Source: Hemiscyllium ocellatum
Lineage: Eukaryota
Assembly (NCBI RefSeq): GCF_020745735.1
Contig: NC_083412.1
Location: 58,866,320 to 58,930,319 of the forward strand
Direction: 5' to 3'
Length of the DNA: 64,000 bases
Below are positions 61,096-64,000 of this stretch, in pieces; positions within the stretch are counted from its first letter, which is position 1; each line of letters opens with the position of its first letter. The notes under the pieces are model-generated. The model worked only from the letters and a program-made list of their open reading frames with translations. It had not been told where the DNA came from and did not search any database. The position numbers and the translations under genes were made by a program.

Positions 61096-61811
61096 TTCCT
61101 TTCCAGAACCCTATTCCCCCCATCTGTGGAACCGAAGTGCAAGCTTCATTTTATGGACAATATCCTCAGTGGTACTGGTCATTTCTGGAGTGGTGCACAG
61201 CTGAGCTTTAAACATGGTGACAGTGGCATATACTTCCACCTCTCCTGCTGCATGAGGAGGACATCGAAGGGCTTGGTTGCACAAGTGATGAGATGAGAAG
61301 TGGAATGGTGTTTGGGAAAAGTCACTGAGCCAGGGTGGACCAGGCACTGTGAAGCACACTCGTCAAAACACTTCAACTGAAATTGGAGAACACAACCATT
61401 GAAACATGAACTTCTTTTATGGATTCCCATCTCAAAGCACTTTGTCAGAGAACAGCGAAAAAGTAGAGCTATGCAGAAATAAAGGATAATTTGGAGAGAA
61501 ACAAAGGAGTTATTGAAGAGAAAGGTGCATGTTGAAATTGTGAAAGCAGAGAGGCTGATGATAAGGTGGACAAACTCCACAACCGATTTCCTTAGTGTAG
61601 GGTTGTACTGACTAATAGGGCACCAATGGAGGAAGACAATGATAGTATCACAGTATGACAATATACTGGTCATTCAGCCCAAAGACCCTAGGTGCTATGA
61701 AAATGTTGTGTTGACACAACATTAGTCCAATATTCTCATTGGTAGGCCACATACGAAAAATCTCAGTCTTGTTGACCTATCTTTGACAAACTACTGTCAA
61801 ATTTGAAATTT

Positions 61812-62155
61812 AACTTTTTTATGGAATGAAGGCATCACTGGCTGGGCCAGCATTTAGCGGCTGTCTCTAATTGACCAGCAGCCAGTTAAGAGTCAACCAC
61901 ATTGCTGTGGATCTAGAGTCACATGTAGGCCAGACCAGGTAAGGATGACTGTTTCCTTCCCTAAACAGCATTAGTGAACCAGATGGGTTTTTTCAACAAT
62001 CAACGATGGGCTCATAATCATCACCAAACTCCTAATTCCAGGATTTTTTTTTTTGTTGAATTCAAATTCCATCATCCACCATGGTGGGATTTGAATCCGG
62101 GTCCCCCTCAGTCTCTGGATTAATAGTCCAGCAATAATGCCACAGGCCAATGCCT
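61812..62155 (-). mobile_element. DeuSINE (SacSINE1-like)
   Basis: Reverse complement of the Deu domain (AGTTAAGAGTCAACCACATTGCTGTGG...CATTAGTGAACCAGATGGG) with a tRNA-like head near 62085-62155. Confidence 0.85.
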
Positions 62156-63110
62156 TGTTAATTATCAGTTACTACTTCCTTACAGCCCTTCTCAGAGAGG
62201 AGAGGCAGCTGTTAATGTCACTGAACTAATAATCCAGAAGCAGTCTAATGCTTTGGAGTTGTGGCATAAAATTCCATTAAGGCATCTTAATTCAATTAAT
62301 AACACTGGATCTGAAAGCTAGGGTGGAATCTTCTAACCCTGCCCAGAGTTTATAGAGGGCCAGCAGGAGAACCTAATTGGACAGGAGGCAAAAATTCAGA
62401 TTTCCAATGGCAGTTTTGCTCCAGGTTCTCGGAATATTTCAGGCAGGCCAGCTTTCCTGACTGTGATGGTCTGGAACGTCTCTTACATTCAGCATCATGC
62501 CATGAATATTTATTAAAACAGCAGCAAGGCATCGACTCTCTTGTTCCTCGGGTACTGCCTTTTCCAGTGCCTTGCTTTATCAACTCTCATTGCATTCACA
62601 TGCACAAGCATGTTAGGCGAAATGGGAAACAAAAATGTTCACAAAATCTATAAATGTATAGTTGTTCCTGGCCACGTAGCTTCTTTCTTTATGTACAAAC
62701 ATGTTCAGGTTACTTAACATCTTTATAGCCAAGTTGTTCTTTTCTTGCACAAATGTTTACAGTGTAAGGGGTGAAACCTCACTGGGTCAACCAGCTCATA
62801 AGAATTCTCAGTTGGATTCAATCTTACTTATTGTTGTTAAATGCTGTTGTTAAATCAGTTGTGGAGCCTGACCGGAATGCCAAGTCTGCCCAAGCAATGC
62901 AGCCAGAGTGGCTTACTCAAAAAAAACTGTCTGGGGCAGGCAAACAGGGTATATCTCAGAGGAGGGCAGCTCAACTCCAGAGGTTTAGATAAAGGTGTGT
63001 TAGGTCAAATAGAATAGTTGGGAATGGAACTTAAGGGATGTGGCTGCCAGAGGCACTGGGAAGATCATGGGGAAGGGATGAAGGAAGTGGGGATGCAGGA
63101 TATTATATCA

Positions 63111-63378
63111 TAGAATCCTTACAATGTGGAAACATGCCATTTGGCCCAACAAGTCCACATTGACCCTCTGAAGAGTAACCCAACCACATCCATTCCCCTA
63201 TCCTCTTACTGTATATTTACCCCTAATGCACCTAACTTACACATCCCTGAACACAGCACCCGAAGGAATCCTTCACAGACACAGGGAGAATGTGCACACT
63301 GACAGTTGCCCAAGGTTGAAATTGAACCCAGGTCCCTGATGCTGTAAGACAGCAGCACTAACCACAAAGCCACCATGC
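63111..63378 (-). mobile_element. HE1/V-SINE, internally deleted
   Basis: Shared tail and head. Confidence 0.85.
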
Positions 63379-64000
63379 AAAGGGTTCTAGGGAGAAATAT
63401 CAAAAAGGATTCTTGAGTTCTGTGTTCAGCAATACAAGTGACCTTTACCACATGTGTGAACCAAGCCAGATACTGCTCTGAATAGAGTCTCCATTATTGT
63501 TGGATCATACTTTTCCTTTTGTTTTTTACTAAATAACAAACTTGAGATCATGGCTGAACTAGACCTTTCAAAAATGCCCCTTATTAAAATGCTTATGTGT
63601 TTATAACTGCCTGATTCCAGAAACTCAAGTAAATTCCCTAATATTTCTTCTCACCAGGACCCTTTTGTGACCCTTATGGGACCATTTGTTATCTTATCCA
63701 GTAACTACAATTCTGGCTGTGAGTATCTGCTCTATGTATCTGCCAATAGCTGTGGGCCAACTTGTGTCAGCTAAAAAGCCCCAGGTGGCCATCTTGTCAA
63801 ATTTAGTCTTGGGCACCTACAACACAGATGGAGAGTCACAGTGATGGAAAAAATGTAGATAAGGTATTGTGTTGCTGTATTATGACTCAGGGACAATATA
63901 TCAATGTTAATTTAAGAAATAGTTTCATAATATCATTAGTGCATTATAAAATGGGATCTGAAGGTATAAAGGTTTCATATTCTATCTCCTGGACCACTTG

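Noticed and set aside
61179-61673. 164-aa hydrophobic minus-strand ORF
   Set aside because: Composition reflects the antisense of a purine-rich tract; no domain or splice support.
1-64000. CRISPR arrays, rRNA or true tRNA genes
   Set aside because: None seen. The tRNA-like A/B boxes belong to SINE heads, and the recurring short motifs are dispersed pLTRs rather than a spaced array.

Overview
Vertebrate genomic DNA from a cartilaginous fish, most likely a shark (HE1/V-SINEs, HER1-like CR1 LINEs and DeuSINEs). Bases 1-29032 hold eight plus-strand coding exons of an EWI-family immunoglobulin-superfamily gene: seven V-type Ig exons plus one transmembrane/tail exon. All introns are GT-AG and phase 1, and the exons give 983 aa in the window; the signal peptide and start of D1 lie upstream. 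Domain count and tail fit CD101/IGSF2, while some domains resemble IGSF3. The rest is mostly repeats: CR1 fragments, a near full-length CR1 with an esterase ORF1, L2/Rex-like fragments, SINEs, pogo/Tigger MITEs and many Penelope-like (PLE) insertions. The strongest signal the ORF track misses is a set of minimal type I hammerhead ribozymes (HHRs) in at least three PLE terminal-repeat (pLTR) families. They occur as solo copies and as inverted dimers, with 13-18 bp target-site duplications (TSDs) and a constant one-sided tail of about 31-39 nt. One insertion ends at the predicted self-cleavage site, and one sense-strand ribozyme may lie in the gene's 3' UTR. PLE-associated HHRs are a known class, so any novelty is in these locus-level details. 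All alignments and scans were manual, comparisons to human proteins are from memory, and repeat boundaries are approximate unless a TSD is given.
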